The notes beneath the pieces are model-generated. The model was not told the origin of the DNA. It did not search any database and saw only the letters and a program-made list of their open reading frames with translations. Shown piece after piece: positions 13,427 to 26,904 of a DNA stretch of 64,000 nucleotides. Position 1 is the stretch's first letter. Each line of letters begins with the position of its first letter. Source of the DNA: Eledone cirrhosa (Eukaryota); contig OZ024740.1 of assembly GCA_964016885.1 (NCBI GenBank), positions 49,352,001-49,416,000 on the forward strand. Direction: 5' to 3'. The translations under genes and the position numbers were made by a program.

Positions 13427-14055
13427 GTTGTATGTTTCTATTTTATTGCAGGTAAATAAAGAAAACGTTTTCCAAATTACTCGCTCTCTAGTATTCCAGT
13501 TTCTGTTTTAAAATAACAATTGTTTAAATTAACTGTTGTCACATAATTTTTACGCAATACAATTATATTTATCATCTCTCGTTCCATTGTAAAAGAGAAG
13601 TACTGTTGAAGTTTACTCGATATAGTGCATAGCTCGGTAATATAGAGTGACTCTAGGTAGAGTCACTACTTCTTCAAATTGAGAGATCACAGCTCTGATA
13701 TTTCAATCATGTGATTAGAATGTCAGTGGACAGATTTTAAAGGCAAAACCAAGTGGGGGTACAGCCTGAGAACGACGCCTATTCTTTCCTATTTCTCTCT
13801 ATCGGTGTTTAATATAACAGACGGTATATACTACTAATTACACTTGAAAATATATTTTATATACTACAGTAATTGATACGAAGATAAGTGAAGAAAAATA
13901 TTGGTCATTTTCAATATTATATCAGGCTGGACAACCAAACTACACGAAGTGTGTTTCAAATAAAGTATGTGATTATTGAATCTGTAGCACAGTCATTTGA
14001 CTCCATTAATGAGACATAGGTATTGTAACATTATTTTCAGTCGAATATCCAGTAC

Positions 14056-14143
14056 CTCGCGATAGCTCAGTTGGTAGAGCGGAGGACTGTAGTAGTATTT
14101 ACCTGTTATCCTTAGGTCGATGGTTCGAATCCGTCTCGCGAGA
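14056..14143 (+). tRNA. tRNA-Tyr-GTA: tRNA-Tyr(GTA) with intron (unit 3, copy B)
   Basis: Intact 88-nt cloverleaf; T5 downstream. Confidence 0.95.
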
Positions 14144-17100
14144 GTTTGTTTTTGCTATTTCATTTCATTGGGAAAATCGTGAAATCATCTTCCAAATTAC
14201 CCACAGTCCAGTATTCCTGTCTCCGTTTTAAAATAACAACTTTTTAAATTGACTAAATTCTGAAACAAGTCTGTATCAATGAAATATTGTAGAATCTGTA
14301 AATTGGGGATGCTTTCATGATTTACTCCATAGAGTGAGAAAAGCATAATACAATTCTCCTGAAAAAGATTTGAATTCTCGATCTACAGACAAAAAGTATT
14401 TGTCATTTACGATCTCATATCAAGTCTGAGGACTAAACTATACGACGTGTGTGTTGTAAAGTATGTGATTATTGAATCAAAAACAAGACAAAGTATTGCA
14501 GCATCATTTTTGGTAGAGCGGAGGACTGTAATAGTATTTATCTGTTATCCATAGATCGATAGCTCGAATCCGTCTCGCGAGAGTTGTAAATCATAAAAAA
14601 ACCTCTTCACACGACTAACTACACATTTAAATGAATCTGATTATTAAATCATTAATGACGTTATAAACAATACATTGGTTTTGTAGCATTATTTGTAAGG
14701 GTATATTAAGGAACCCGGGAAAGTTCAATTGGTTGACTCGACCACTGTAGTAGTGTTGATGTTGACATTAGGTTGATGGTTTAAATCTCGCGAGATTGTG
14801 ATTTTGTGTTATATTTTAATCATTATGCTATATAAATCATGAAATCATCTTCCAAACAACAAACACGCCAGTGTTTCTGTTTGTGTTTTTAAAGTAATCA
14901 TCTCTTTTGCCAGCTACTGTCAACATTTTGTTCCTGTAAATGTCACTCAACACAATTGTATATTCCAGACTACGTTAACTTTTACACATGCCTCTACCTA
15001 ACAAATCTATTCTTTCAGTAAATGTGGAATACATGACATCTTTGTAAATATATTCAGATATTAGTAACAATCATCAACTCAATGAAACGCCGACTCATTC
15101 CAGAATCTTTCTCAGCAAGACAAAAGATGTTTTACTTAATATTGTAACAACCCCAAACCTTTAACCTCTAATCTTTGTTATCCCTACATTTATCCTTCTT
15201 AATATGAGTGAGGTTGATATACTTCCATAGATGTATTCAATGTATCTCAGGATATACAAGATTGTAAGATATTCTCGCTATAAGATATTCCCCTTCTCTT
15301 TCGGTTGATTAAATATTGTAAAATGTAATGTCTTTGAAATGAAGTCGACTTCCTTAATGTGATAATAGGATAGGTGAATTGTATTTGTTATAAACAAACC
15401 ATTCCAAGAATTCAGAAGTCTTCAATAAAATGTTGGTTTCTAATGGAATGGTATAGTCTGTTTTGAGGTAATACCACTGTGAAGAATGTATATTGAATAA
15501 CTGAATAAATCATTTGACGTCATAAAGAAATATTTGGTATTGTGATATTTATTATATTTAGCGCAAAGACATTCTAATGTAGTTGACTTATTAATTTAAA
15601 ACTTTACTTTAACACACCGTCAGAACTGATAGTGTATATGGTGGTACCATCAATTGCAGTTAAATAGGATGAAATTTCCTCTTCAAAACACGCTGTCGTC
15701 TCCTAACAAATATGAATGTACTACTATTTAAATCATTGAAACATCGCAATAGTTCTCTGTATAGACATGAAACATCAACTGATCTAAATTGTGCCACCAA
15801 TTCAAAAACACACAATTTTTTGAACAGTTTGATCGCACAATATTATCTCGAAATTTGCGACGTCAGCATTGGTTTAAATCTAATATTCTGAATCATTAAA
15901 TTAATGTAGTTGATTCAGTTCAAAAGAATTTAATATTTGAAATATTTTACCAAACGAAAGAATATTGTAATACCGTTGACTCTCGTTAATCTTGAAACAT
16001 CACTATATTTAACTGTATAGAAATATAATATCTACTGATATATAGTAGTAAATACAAATGAAGCCGTTGACTCGTTAAAATTGAAAATTTATTTTAACAT
16101 ATAATTAATCTGGATTAATAATGTATATAGAATTGTGTCATCAATTGAAGTAAATACGAGGACATTTTGTGCTTAAAACATCCTACCGTCTCCTAACAAA
16201 CCTGAATCTATTGCTATATAAATCTTTGAATACAATGTACAAACTGATTCAATGATGGCAGTTATGTCAACTGTAGTTACAGGTGTGACATTATACTGAG
16301 ACTAATAACTCAGGCATGTAAATATATATCAGATAAGAAATATCTTACAACATGGAATATTCTGAGATTCACTGAATACATTTATGGAAGCATAGTTATA
16401 TATTTAGCAGGATAAATATAAGAAAAGTACATTGAAATCTGTATGTTTGGATTATAATGTGACAGTGGCATATTTTGCTGAACTTATTACATCGAAACCA
16501 CTTGAAACATTCAGATATTAGTTTCTGAACGTATTTTTCAGTTCATTGTAGAAATCATTTGTCAGTTTTGAGCTAATATTATGTTGTAAGTCCAAACTAC
16601 ACGATATATTTGTCATTGGAAAGAATGTGATTATTGAATCATTAAATCAATCACTTTAGGTCATAAAGAAAACATTGATATTGAAGCATTACTTGTGGCG
16701 AGATTTTAAGATACTCTCGATAGCACAACCGGTAGAATCCTTAGATCGACGGTTCGAAGACTTCTCGCGAGACTTGTGGTTCTGTATTTTGTGTTTAATC
16801 ATGATGGAAAAAAATATATTGAAAAAAGCCCTGATATAGAAATTTATCAGACTGTACAACACAAGTTGATGTTGACAGTAGTCGTATAAATCCCGTAGTA
16901 ATTATATTACATTGCTCGTCGTTATTCAGTTAATGTTCATACAATTGCCATAACTCCCACACCCAAATGTAGAGTTGTCTGGCGTGCTTGACACAGGAGT
17001 GGAACGAATTCGAAAGATGACTGCATGATTTATACGTAATAAAATATCAAAAACAAAGAAAGTCTCGCGAGACGGATTCGAACTATCGCCCTAAGTACAA

Positions 17101-18327
17101 CGACTAATCACTACTACAGTCCTCCGCTCTTCCAACCGAGCTATCGCAAGATGCTTGTAATCAAACCAAAAATAATGCCCTTTTATGGCGTCAAATGACT
17201 GTCCTAACCATTTTATAATCACATATTTTGTAAAGATACACAAATCGTGTAGTTTCGTCGTACATTATGGTAATATGTCGAACATTACCAATACTTTGAA
17301 ACAAGAAACTAACATTGGTTCAAGTCTAATGTTCTGAATCATCCCATTAACAAGGCTGACTTAGATTCAAAGAATTTTATAAGATTTGAAATATTTTATC
17401 AATCGAAAGAGTATTCTAGTACCGTTGAATCGTTAAAACTGACAATTTACTTTGCGACTTGTATAAGTCAGTCTGGAGAGATAGTGTATACAGAGGTGTC
17501 AGTAATTGTAGTTAAAGGCTATGAAATTTCCTGTTCAAAAGATTCAACCGCTCCCCATGAAGTATGAACACGCCGTCGTTATTATATTGAAACATCAATA
17601 TATTTCTTTCTATCGGAATATAATATTTACAGACGGTATATGTATATATTAATTGTATTCGAAAAGATATTTGATATAGTACAGAAATTGCTTCAAAAAC
17701 TAAGTTCCTGCATTTGAATCAATCCACTCTCAGTCCATTACATGCTTCTGAGGCTTCCCCTATCGAACTGGTTCAAGAATCTGAATATCTGGGTGTTACG
17801 CTGACTCTGTGTATGATATGACCACCTGAATTGGTAAAACATGCAGTGCAATAACTTCACTAGAAAAAGATCTACAAAGTGCAAAGCTACGGTAAAACCC
17901 ATCGTATTATATGGTCCAGAATCCTGGACTCTCAGTGTTGCTCGCTCAAGGAGAATTGATGGTTCCTACATCAAGACATTACGTGTGTAACTTTGTGCAT
18001 GTTTCACCTTCATTGGAAGAATGATTCAATAAGACGAGAAGTGATTTATAAATAAATGTATGTTGAAACATGTCAGATAAACTGTACACACCTCCTCAAG
18101 CATGGCAGCTGTACGGTAACCATTCAGAACATTATTCCTGGACCACTTTTGAAGTTCTCCGTAAAAAGTATTGGTTATTTTCAATCTTATTCCAAGCTGA
18201 ACGACCAAAATTACACGAAGCATGTGTTATTGTAAAGTATGGGATTATTGAATCTGTGGCGCAGTCTTTTGAGTTCATAAACAAGACATAGGTATTGTAG
18301 CATTATTTTTATTGGAACTGCTAGTAA

Positions 18328-18415
18328 CTCGCGATAGCTCAGTTGGTAGAGCGGAGGACTGTAGTAGTATTTACCTGTTATCCTTAGGTCGATGGTTCGA
18401 ATCCGTCTCGCGAGA
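18328..18415 (+). tRNA. tRNA-Tyr-GTA: tRNA-Tyr(GTA) with intron (unit 4, copy A)
   Basis: Intact 88-nt cloverleaf. Confidence 0.95.
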
Positions 18416-19044
18416 GTTGTATGTTTCTATTTTATTGCAGGTAAATAAAGAAAACGTTTTCCAAATTACTCGCTCTCTAGTATTCCAGTTTCTGTTTTAA
18501 AATAACAATTGTTTAAATTAACTGTTGTCACATAATTTTTACGCAATACAATTATATTTATCATCTCTCGTTCCATTGTAAAAGAGAAGTACTGTTGAAG
18601 TTTACTCGATATAGTGCATAGCTCGGTAATATAGAGTGACTCTAGGTAGAGTCACTACTTCTTCAAATTGAGAGATCACAGCTCTGATATTTCAATCATG
18701 TGATTAGAATGTCAGTGGACAGATTTTAAAGGCAAAACCAAGTGGGGGTACAGCCTGAGAACGACGCCTATTCTTTCCTATTTCTCTCTATCGGTGTTTA
18801 ATATAACAGACGGTATATACTACTAATTACACTTGAAAATATATTTTATATACTACAGTAATTGATACGAAGATAAGTGAAGAAAAATATTGGTCATTTT
18901 CAATATTATATCAGGCTGGACAACCAAACTACACGAAGTGTGTTTCAAATAAAGTATGTGATTATTGAATCTGTAGCACAGTCATTTGACTCCATTAATG
19001 AGACATAGGTATTGTAACATTATTTTCAGTCGAATATCCAGTAC

Positions 19045-19132
19045 CTCGCGATAGCTCAGTTGGTAGAGCGGAGGACTGTAGTAGTATTTACCTGTTATCC
19101 TTAGGTCGATGGTTCGAATCCGTCTCGCGAGA
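19045..19132 (+). tRNA. tRNA-Tyr-GTA: tRNA-Tyr(GTA) with intron (unit 4, copy B)
   Basis: Intact 88-nt cloverleaf; T5 downstream. Confidence 0.95.
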
Positions 19133-22100
19133 GTTTGTTTTTGCTATTTCATTTCATTGGGAAAATCGTGAAATCATCTTCCAAATTACCCACAGTCCAG
19201 TATTCCTGTCTCCGTTTTAAAATAACAACTTTTTAAATTGACTAAATTCTGAAACAAGTCTGTATCAATGAAATATTGTAGAATCTGTAAATTGGGGATG
19301 CTTTCATGATTTACCCCATAGAGTGAGAAAAGCATAATACAATTCTCCTGAAAAAGATTTGAATTCTCGATCTACAGACAAAAAGTATTTGTCATTTACG
19401 ATCTCATATCAAGTCTGAGGACTAAACTATACGACGTGTGTGTTGTAAAGTATGTGATTATTGAATCAAAAACAAGACAAAGTATTGCAGCATCATTTTT
19501 GGTAGAGCGGAGGACTGTAATAGTATTTATCTGTTATCCATAGATCGATAGCTCGAATCCGTCTCGCGAGAGTTGTAAATCATAAAAAAACCTCTTCACA
19601 CGACTAACTACACATTTAAATGAATCTGATTATTAAATCATTAATGACGTTATAAACAATACATTGGTTTTGTAGCATTATTTGTAAGGGTATATTAAGG
19701 AACCCGGGAAAGTTCAATTGGTTGACTCGACCACTGTAGTAGTGTTGATGTTGACATTAGGTTGATGGTTTAAATCTCGCGAGATTGTGATTTTGTGTTA
19801 TATTTTAATCATTATGCTATATAAATCATGAAATCATCTTCCAAACAACAAACACGCCAGTGTTTCTGTTTGTGTTTTTAAAGTACTCATCTCTTTTGCC
19901 AGCTACTGTCAACATTTTGTTCCTGTAAATGTCACTCAACACAATTGTATATTCCAGACTACGTTAACTTTTACACATGCCTCTACCTAACAAATCTATT
20001 CTTTCAGTAAATGTGGAATACATGACATCTTTGTAAATATATTCAGATATTAGTAACAATCATCAACTCAATGAAACGCCGACTCATTCCAGAATCTTTC
20101 TCAGCAAGACAAAAGATGTTTTACTTAATATTGTAACAACCCCAAACCTTTAACCTCTAACCTTTGTTATCCCTACATTTATCCTTCTTAATATGAGTGA
20201 GGTTGATATACTTCCATAGATGTATTCAATGAATCTCAGGATATACAAGATTGTAAGATATTCTCGCTATAAGATATTCCCCTTCTCTTTCGGTTGATTA
20301 AATATTGTAAAATGTAATGTCTTTGAAATGAAGTCGACTTCCTTAATGTGATAATAGGATAGGTGAATTGTATTTGTTATAAACAAACCATTCCAAGAAT
20401 TCAGAAGTCTTCAATAAAATGTTGGTTTCTAATGGAATGGTATAGTCTGTTTTGAGGTAATACCACTGTGAAGAATGTATATTGAATAACTGAATAAATC
20501 ATTTGACGTCATAAAGAAATATTTGGTATTGTGATATTTATTATATTTAGCGCAAAGACATTCTAATGTAGTTGACTTATTAATTTAAAACTTTACTTTA
20601 ACACACCGTCAGAACTGATAGTGTATATGGTGGTACCATCAATTGCAGTTAAATAGGATGAAATTTCCTCTTCAAAACACGCTGTCGTCTCCTAACAAAT
20701 ATGAATGTACTACTATTTAAATCATTGAAACATCGCAATAGTTCTCTGTATAGACATGAAACATCAACTGATCTAAATTGTGCCACCAATTCAAAAACAC
20801 ACAATTTTTTGAACAGTTTGATCGCACAATATTATCTCGAAATTTGCGACGTCAGCATTGGTTTAAATCTAATATTCTGAATCATTAAATTAATGTAGTT
20901 GATTCAGTTCAAAAGAATTTAATATTTGAAATATTTTACCAAACGAAAGAATATTGTAATACCGTTGACTCTCGTTAATCTTGAAACATCACTATATTTA
21001 ACTGTATAGAAATATAATATCTACTGATATATAGTAGTAAATACAAATGAAGCCGTTGACTCGTTAAAATTGAAAATTTATTTTAACATATAATTAATCT
21101 GGATTAATAATGTATATAGAATTGTGTCATCAATTGAAGTAAATACGAGGACATTTTGTGCTTAAAACATCCTACCGTCTCCTAACAAACCTGAATCTAT
21201 TGCTATATAAATCTTTGAATACAATGTACAAACTGATTCAATGATGGCAGTTATGTCAACTGTAGTTACAGGTGTGACATTATACTGAGACTAATAACTC
21301 AGGCATGTAAATATATATCAGATAAGAAATATCTTACAACATGGAATATTCTGAGATTCACTGAATACATTTATGGAAGCATAGTTATATATTTAGCAGG
21401 ATAAATATAAGAAAAGTACATTGAAATCTGTATGTTTGGATTATAATGTGACAGTGGCATATTTTGCTGAACTTATTACATCGAAACCACTTGAAACATT
21501 CAGATATTAGTTTCTGAACGTATTTTTCAGTTCATTGTAGAAATCATTTGTCAGTTTTGAGCTAATATTATGTTGTAAGTCCAAACTACACGATATATTT
21601 GTCATTGGAAAGAATGTGATTATTGAATCATTAAATCAATCACTTTAGGTCATAAAGAAAACATTGATATTGAAGCATTACTTGTGGCGAGATTTTAAGA
21701 TACTCTCGATAGCACAACCGGTAGAATCCTTAGATCGACGGTTCGAAGACTTCTCGCGAGACTTGTGGTTCTGTATTTTGTGTTTAATCATGATGGAAAA
21801 AAATATATTGAAAAAAGCCCTGATATAGAAATTTATCAGACTGTACAACACAAGTTGATGTTGACAGTAGTCGTATAAATCCCGTAGTAATTATATTACA
21901 TTGCTCGTCGTTATTCAGTTAATGTTCATACAATTGCCATAACTCCCACACCCAAATGTAGAGTTGTCTGGCGTGCTTGACACAGGAGTGGAACGAATTC
22001 GAAAGATGACTGCATGATTTATACGTAATAAAATATCAAAAACAAAGAAAGTCTCGCGAGACGGATTCGAACTATCGCCCTAAGTACAACGACTAATCAC

Positions 22101-23316
22101 TACTACAGTCCTCCGCTCTTCCAACCGAGCTATCGCAAGATGCTTGTAATCAAACCAAAAATAATGCCCTTTTATGGCGTCAAATGACTGTCCTAACCAT
22201 TTTATAATCACATATTTTGTAAAGATACACAAATCGTGTAGTTTCGTCGTACATTATGGTAATATGTCGAACATTACCAATACTTTGAAACAAGAAACTA
22301 ACATTGGTTCAAGTCTAATGTTCTGAATCATCCCATTAACAAGGCTGACTTAGATTCAAAGAATTTTATAAGATTTGAAATATTTTATCAATCGAAAGAG
22401 TATTCTAGTACCGTTGAATCGTTAAAACTGACAATTTACTTTGCGACTTGTATAAGTCAGTCTGGAGAGATAGTGTATACAGAGGTGTCAGTAATTGTAG
22501 TTAAAGGCTATGAAATTTCCTGTTCAAAAGATTCAACCGCTCCCCATGAAGTATGAACACGCCGTCGTTATTATATTGAAACATCAATATATTTCTTTCT
22601 ATCGGAATATAATATTTACAGACGGTATATGTATATATTAATTGTATTCGAAAAGATATTTGATATAGTACAGAAATTGCTTCAAAAACTAAGTTCCTGC
22701 ATTTGAATCAATCCACTCTCAGTCCATTACATGCTTCTGAGGCTTCCCCTATCGAACTGGTTCAAGAATCTGAATATCTGGGTGTTACACTGACTCTGTG
22801 TATGATATGACCACCTGAATTGGTAAAACATGCAGTGCAATAACTTCACTAGAAAAAGATCTACAAAGTGCAAAGCTACGGTGAAACCCATCGTATTATA
22901 TGGTCCAGAATCCTGGACTCTCAGTGTTGCTCGCTCAAGGAGAATTGATGGTTCCTACATCAAGACATTACGTGTGTAACTTTGTGCATGTTTAACCTTC
23001 ATTGGAAGAATGATTCAATAAGACGAGAAGTGATTCATAAATAAATGTATGTTGAAACATGTCAGATAAACTGTACACACCTCCTCAAGCATGGCAGCTG
23101 TACGGTAACCATTCAGAACATTATTCCTGGACCACTTTTGAAGTTCTCCGTAAAAAGTATTGGTTATTTTCAATCTTATTCCAAGCTGAACGACCAAAAT
23201 TACACGAAGCATGTGTTATTGTAAAGTATGGGATTATTGAATCTGTGGCGCAGTCTTTTGAGTTCATAAACAAGACATAGGTATTGTAGCATTATTTTTA
23301 TTGGAACTGCTAGTAA

Positions 23317-23404
23317 CTCGCGATAGCTCAGTTGGTAGAGCGGAGGACTGTAGTAGTATTTACCTGTTATCCTTAGGTCGATGGTTCGAATCCGTCTCGC
23401 GAGA
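23317..23404 (+). tRNA. tRNA-Tyr-GTA: tRNA-Tyr(GTA) with intron (unit 5, copy A)
   Basis: Intact 88-nt cloverleaf. Confidence 0.95.
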
Positions 23405-24046
23405 GTTGCATGTTTCTATTTTATTGCAGGTAAATAAAGAAAACGTTTTCCAAATTACTCGCTCTCTAGTATTCCAGTTTCTGTTTTAAAATAACAATTG
23501 TTTAAATTAACTGTTGTCACATAATTTTTACGCAATACAATTATATTTACCATCTCTCGTTCCATTGTAAAAGTGAAGTACTGTAGAAGTTTACTCGATA
23601 TAGTGCATAGCTCGGTAATATAGAGTCGCTCTAGGTAGAGTCATTACTTCTTCAAATTGAGAGATCACAGCTCTGATATTTCAGGCATGTGATTAGAATG
23701 TCACAGGAAAGAATCTCTAGACAGATTTTAAATGCGAAACTAACTGGAGCAGAGACTGAGCACGACGGCTGATCTTTCCTATTTCTCTCTATCGGTGTTT
23801 AATATAACAGACGGTATATACTACTAATTACACTTGAAAATATATTTTATATACTACAGTAATTGATACGAAGATAAGTGAAGAAAAATATTGGTCATTT
23901 TCAATATTATATCAGGCTGGACAACCAAACTACACGAAGTGTGTTTCAATATAAAGTATGTGATTATTGAATCTGTAGCACAGTCATTTGACTCCATTAA
24001 TGACACATAGGTATTGTAACATTATTTTCAGTCGAATATCCAGTAC

Positions 24047-24134
24047 CTCGCGATAGCTCAGTTGGTAGAGCGGAGGACTGTAGTAGTATTTACCTGTTAT
24101 CCTTAGGTCGATGGTTCGAATCCGTCTCGCGAGA
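24047..24134 (+). tRNA. tRNA-Tyr-GTA: tRNA-Tyr(GTA) with intron (unit 5, copy B)
   Basis: Intact 88-nt cloverleaf; T5 downstream. Confidence 0.95.
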
Positions 24135-24485
24135 GTTGTTTTTGCTATTTCATTTCATTGGAAAAATCGTGAAATCATCTTCCAAATTACCCACAGTCCA
24201 GTATTCCTGTCTCCGTTTTAAAATAACAACATTTTAAATTGACTAAATTCTGAAAAAAGTCTGTATCAATGAAATATTGTAGAATCTGTAAATTGAGTGA
24301 GAGAAGCATAATACAATTCTCCTGAAAAAGATTTGAATTCTCGATCTACAGACAAAAAGTATGAGGACTAAACTACACGACGTGTGTGTTGTAAAGTATG
24401 TGGTTATTGAATCGGTGACACAGTCATTTGACTTCATAAACAAGACATAGTATTGTAGCATAATTTTTGGTAGAGCTACAAACAT

Positions 24486-24572
24486 CCTGCGATAGCTCAG
24501 TTGGTAGAGCGGAGGACTGTAGTAGTATTTATCTGTGATCCTTAGATCGATGACTCGAATCGTCTCGCGAGA
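24486..24572 (+). pseudogene. tRNA-Tyr pseudogene (full-length homologue of the 5'-truncated array copy)
   Basis: cctgcgatagctcagttggtagagcggaggactgtag...; B box broken (gactcgaatc). Confidence 0.85.
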
Positions 24573-26723
24573 GTTGTAAATCATATAACACCTCTTCACG
24601 CGACTAATTACACACTTAAATGAATTTGATTATTGAATCTTTAATGACGTCACAAACAATACATTATTTACAAGGGTATATTAAGGAGCTCGGAATAATT
24701 CAATTGGTAGACTCGACCACTGTAGTCGTGTTTATGTTGACATTAGATTGATGGTTTAAATCTCGCGAGATAATGATTTTGTGTTTTAATCATGAAATCA
24801 TCTTCCAAACAACAAACACCCCAGTACTTCTGTTTGTGTTTTTAAAGTACTCATCGATTTTGCCAGCTACTGTCAACATTTTGTTCCTGTAAATGTCATT
24901 CAACACAATTGTATATTTCACACTGTTAATATTTACACATACCTCTACCTATCAAATGTATTCTTTCAGTAAATGTGGAATACATGACATTTTTGTAAAT
25001 ATATTCAGATATTAGTAAGAATCATCATCTCAATGAAATGCTGACTCATTCCAGAATCTTTCTCAGTAAGACAAAAGATGTTTTACTTAATAATCTAACA
25101 ACCCCAAACCTTCAACCTCTAACTTCTGTTATCTTTACATTTATCCTCTAAATATGACTGAGGATGATATACTTCCAGAGATGTATTCAATATTTCTCAA
25201 CGTATACAAGATTGTAAGATATTCCCGTTCTCTTTCGGTTCATTAAATATTACAAAATATAATGTCTTCGAAATGAAGGCAATCTCCTTAATGTGATATT
25301 AGGATAGGCGTGTTTTATTTGTTATAAAGCAACCATTCCAAACATTCAGAACTCTTCAATAAAATGTTGGTTTCTAATGGAATGGTATAGTCTGTTTTCA
25401 GCTAATACCATTGTGAAGAATATCAATATTGAATAATTGACTCAATCGTTTGACGTCTTAAAGAAATATTTGGTATTGTGACATTTATTATATTCAGCGT
25501 AAAGACATTCAAATGTAGTTGACTTGTTAATTTAAAAATGTACTTTAATACACCGTCAGAACTGATAGTGTATACGGTGGTACCTTCAACTGCAGTTAAA
25601 TAGGATGAAATCTCCTGTTCAAAACACCCTACCGTCTCCTAACAAATATGGTGGCACTGTCTTTAAATCATTGAAACATCAATATATTTTTATGTATCGA
25701 TATGAAACATCAACTGATCTAGTAACTTACATTTGGAACCAGTTTTTATTTACTATTTACAGTTCGAAACACCCTAACGGCTGCTAACAAATATGAATGT
25801 ACTGCTATTTAAATCATTGAAACATCGCAATAGTTCTTTGTATAGCCACGCAACATCAACTGATCTAGATGGTGCCACCGATTCAATAACACAGTTTCTA
25901 CAGTTTGGTCGCACAACATTATCCCGAAATTTTGCGACCTCAGCATGGATTCAAATCAAAGATTCTGAGTCATCAAATTAATGTAGTTGAAATATTTTAT
26001 CAAACGAATATTCTAATACCGTTCTCCCTCGTTAATATTGAAACATCACTACATTTCTCCTATCCTAACAAATATGGAGGCACTGTCTTTAAATCATTGA
26101 AACATCAATATATTTCTAGGTATCGATATAAAACAGCGACTGATCTCATATACTAGTAACTTACATTCCGAACCAGTTTTTATATAATATAGAAATTGAT
26201 ACAAAGACATGTAAAGAAACGTATACTGAAACATATCAGATACATTATACAAACTAATTCAATCATGTCAGTTATTATATAAACTGTAGCTACAGGTGTG
26301 AAATTATACTGAGACTAATAACTCAGATATGTAAAATATATATCAGATAGGAAATATTTTACAACTTTGAATATATTGAGATTCACTGAATACATTTCTG
26401 GAAGCATAGATTTATATTTAGCAGGATAAATATAAGAAAAGAACATTGAAAGGTGTATGTTTGGAATTGTAATGTAACAGTGGCATATTTTACTGAACTT
26501 ATTACATCGAAACAACTTGAAACAGATATTTCTTTTATAACGATCATTTGTCAAGTTTGAGCTAATATTATGTCGTAAGTCTAAACTACACGATATTTGC
26601 CAGGGGAAGGTATGTGAAGAAATTAATGTAGTGTAGAATTTGTAGAGATAAATATAATTGTGTTGAGTGGAATTTATGTGAGCAACATGTTGGACGTATT
26701 ATTAAAGAGGTATTAAAGAGGTA

Positions 26724-26904
26724 TAGGGCGGTGGAATGGCAGTATCGCTAGAGGGTCGGACGCCATGCTTTGCAGCAAAGAGTTACGGCCCTATATGGTC
26801 TGAGTTCAAATCCCGCCGATTTTAACTTTGCCTTTCATCCTTACGGGGTCGATAAAATAAAGTACCAGATAATTGCTGGCCTTGTGACTAAAATTAGAAA
26901 CAAT
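26724..26904 (+). mobile_element. tRNA-derived SINE with target-site duplication
   Basis: A box tggcagtatcg, B box gagttcaaatcc, core ctttgcctttcatccttacggggtcgataaaataaagtaccag. Flanked by ~tattaaagaggta duplication; an empty site is present in reverse complement near 48,322-48,350. Confidence 0.85.

Larger units (their letters stand above)
1..24928 (+). repeat. Tandem array of a ~4,989-bp tRNA-Tyr-containing unit (about 5 copies; continues beyond the left edge)
   Basis: The marker ACTTTTACACATGCCTCTACC recurs at 1, 5000, 9989, 14978 and 19967 (periods 4999, 4989, 4989, 4989). Copies are nearly identical. The fifth copy diverges after ~23,690, and a more diverged sixth start lies at ~24,929. 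Confidence 0.97.
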
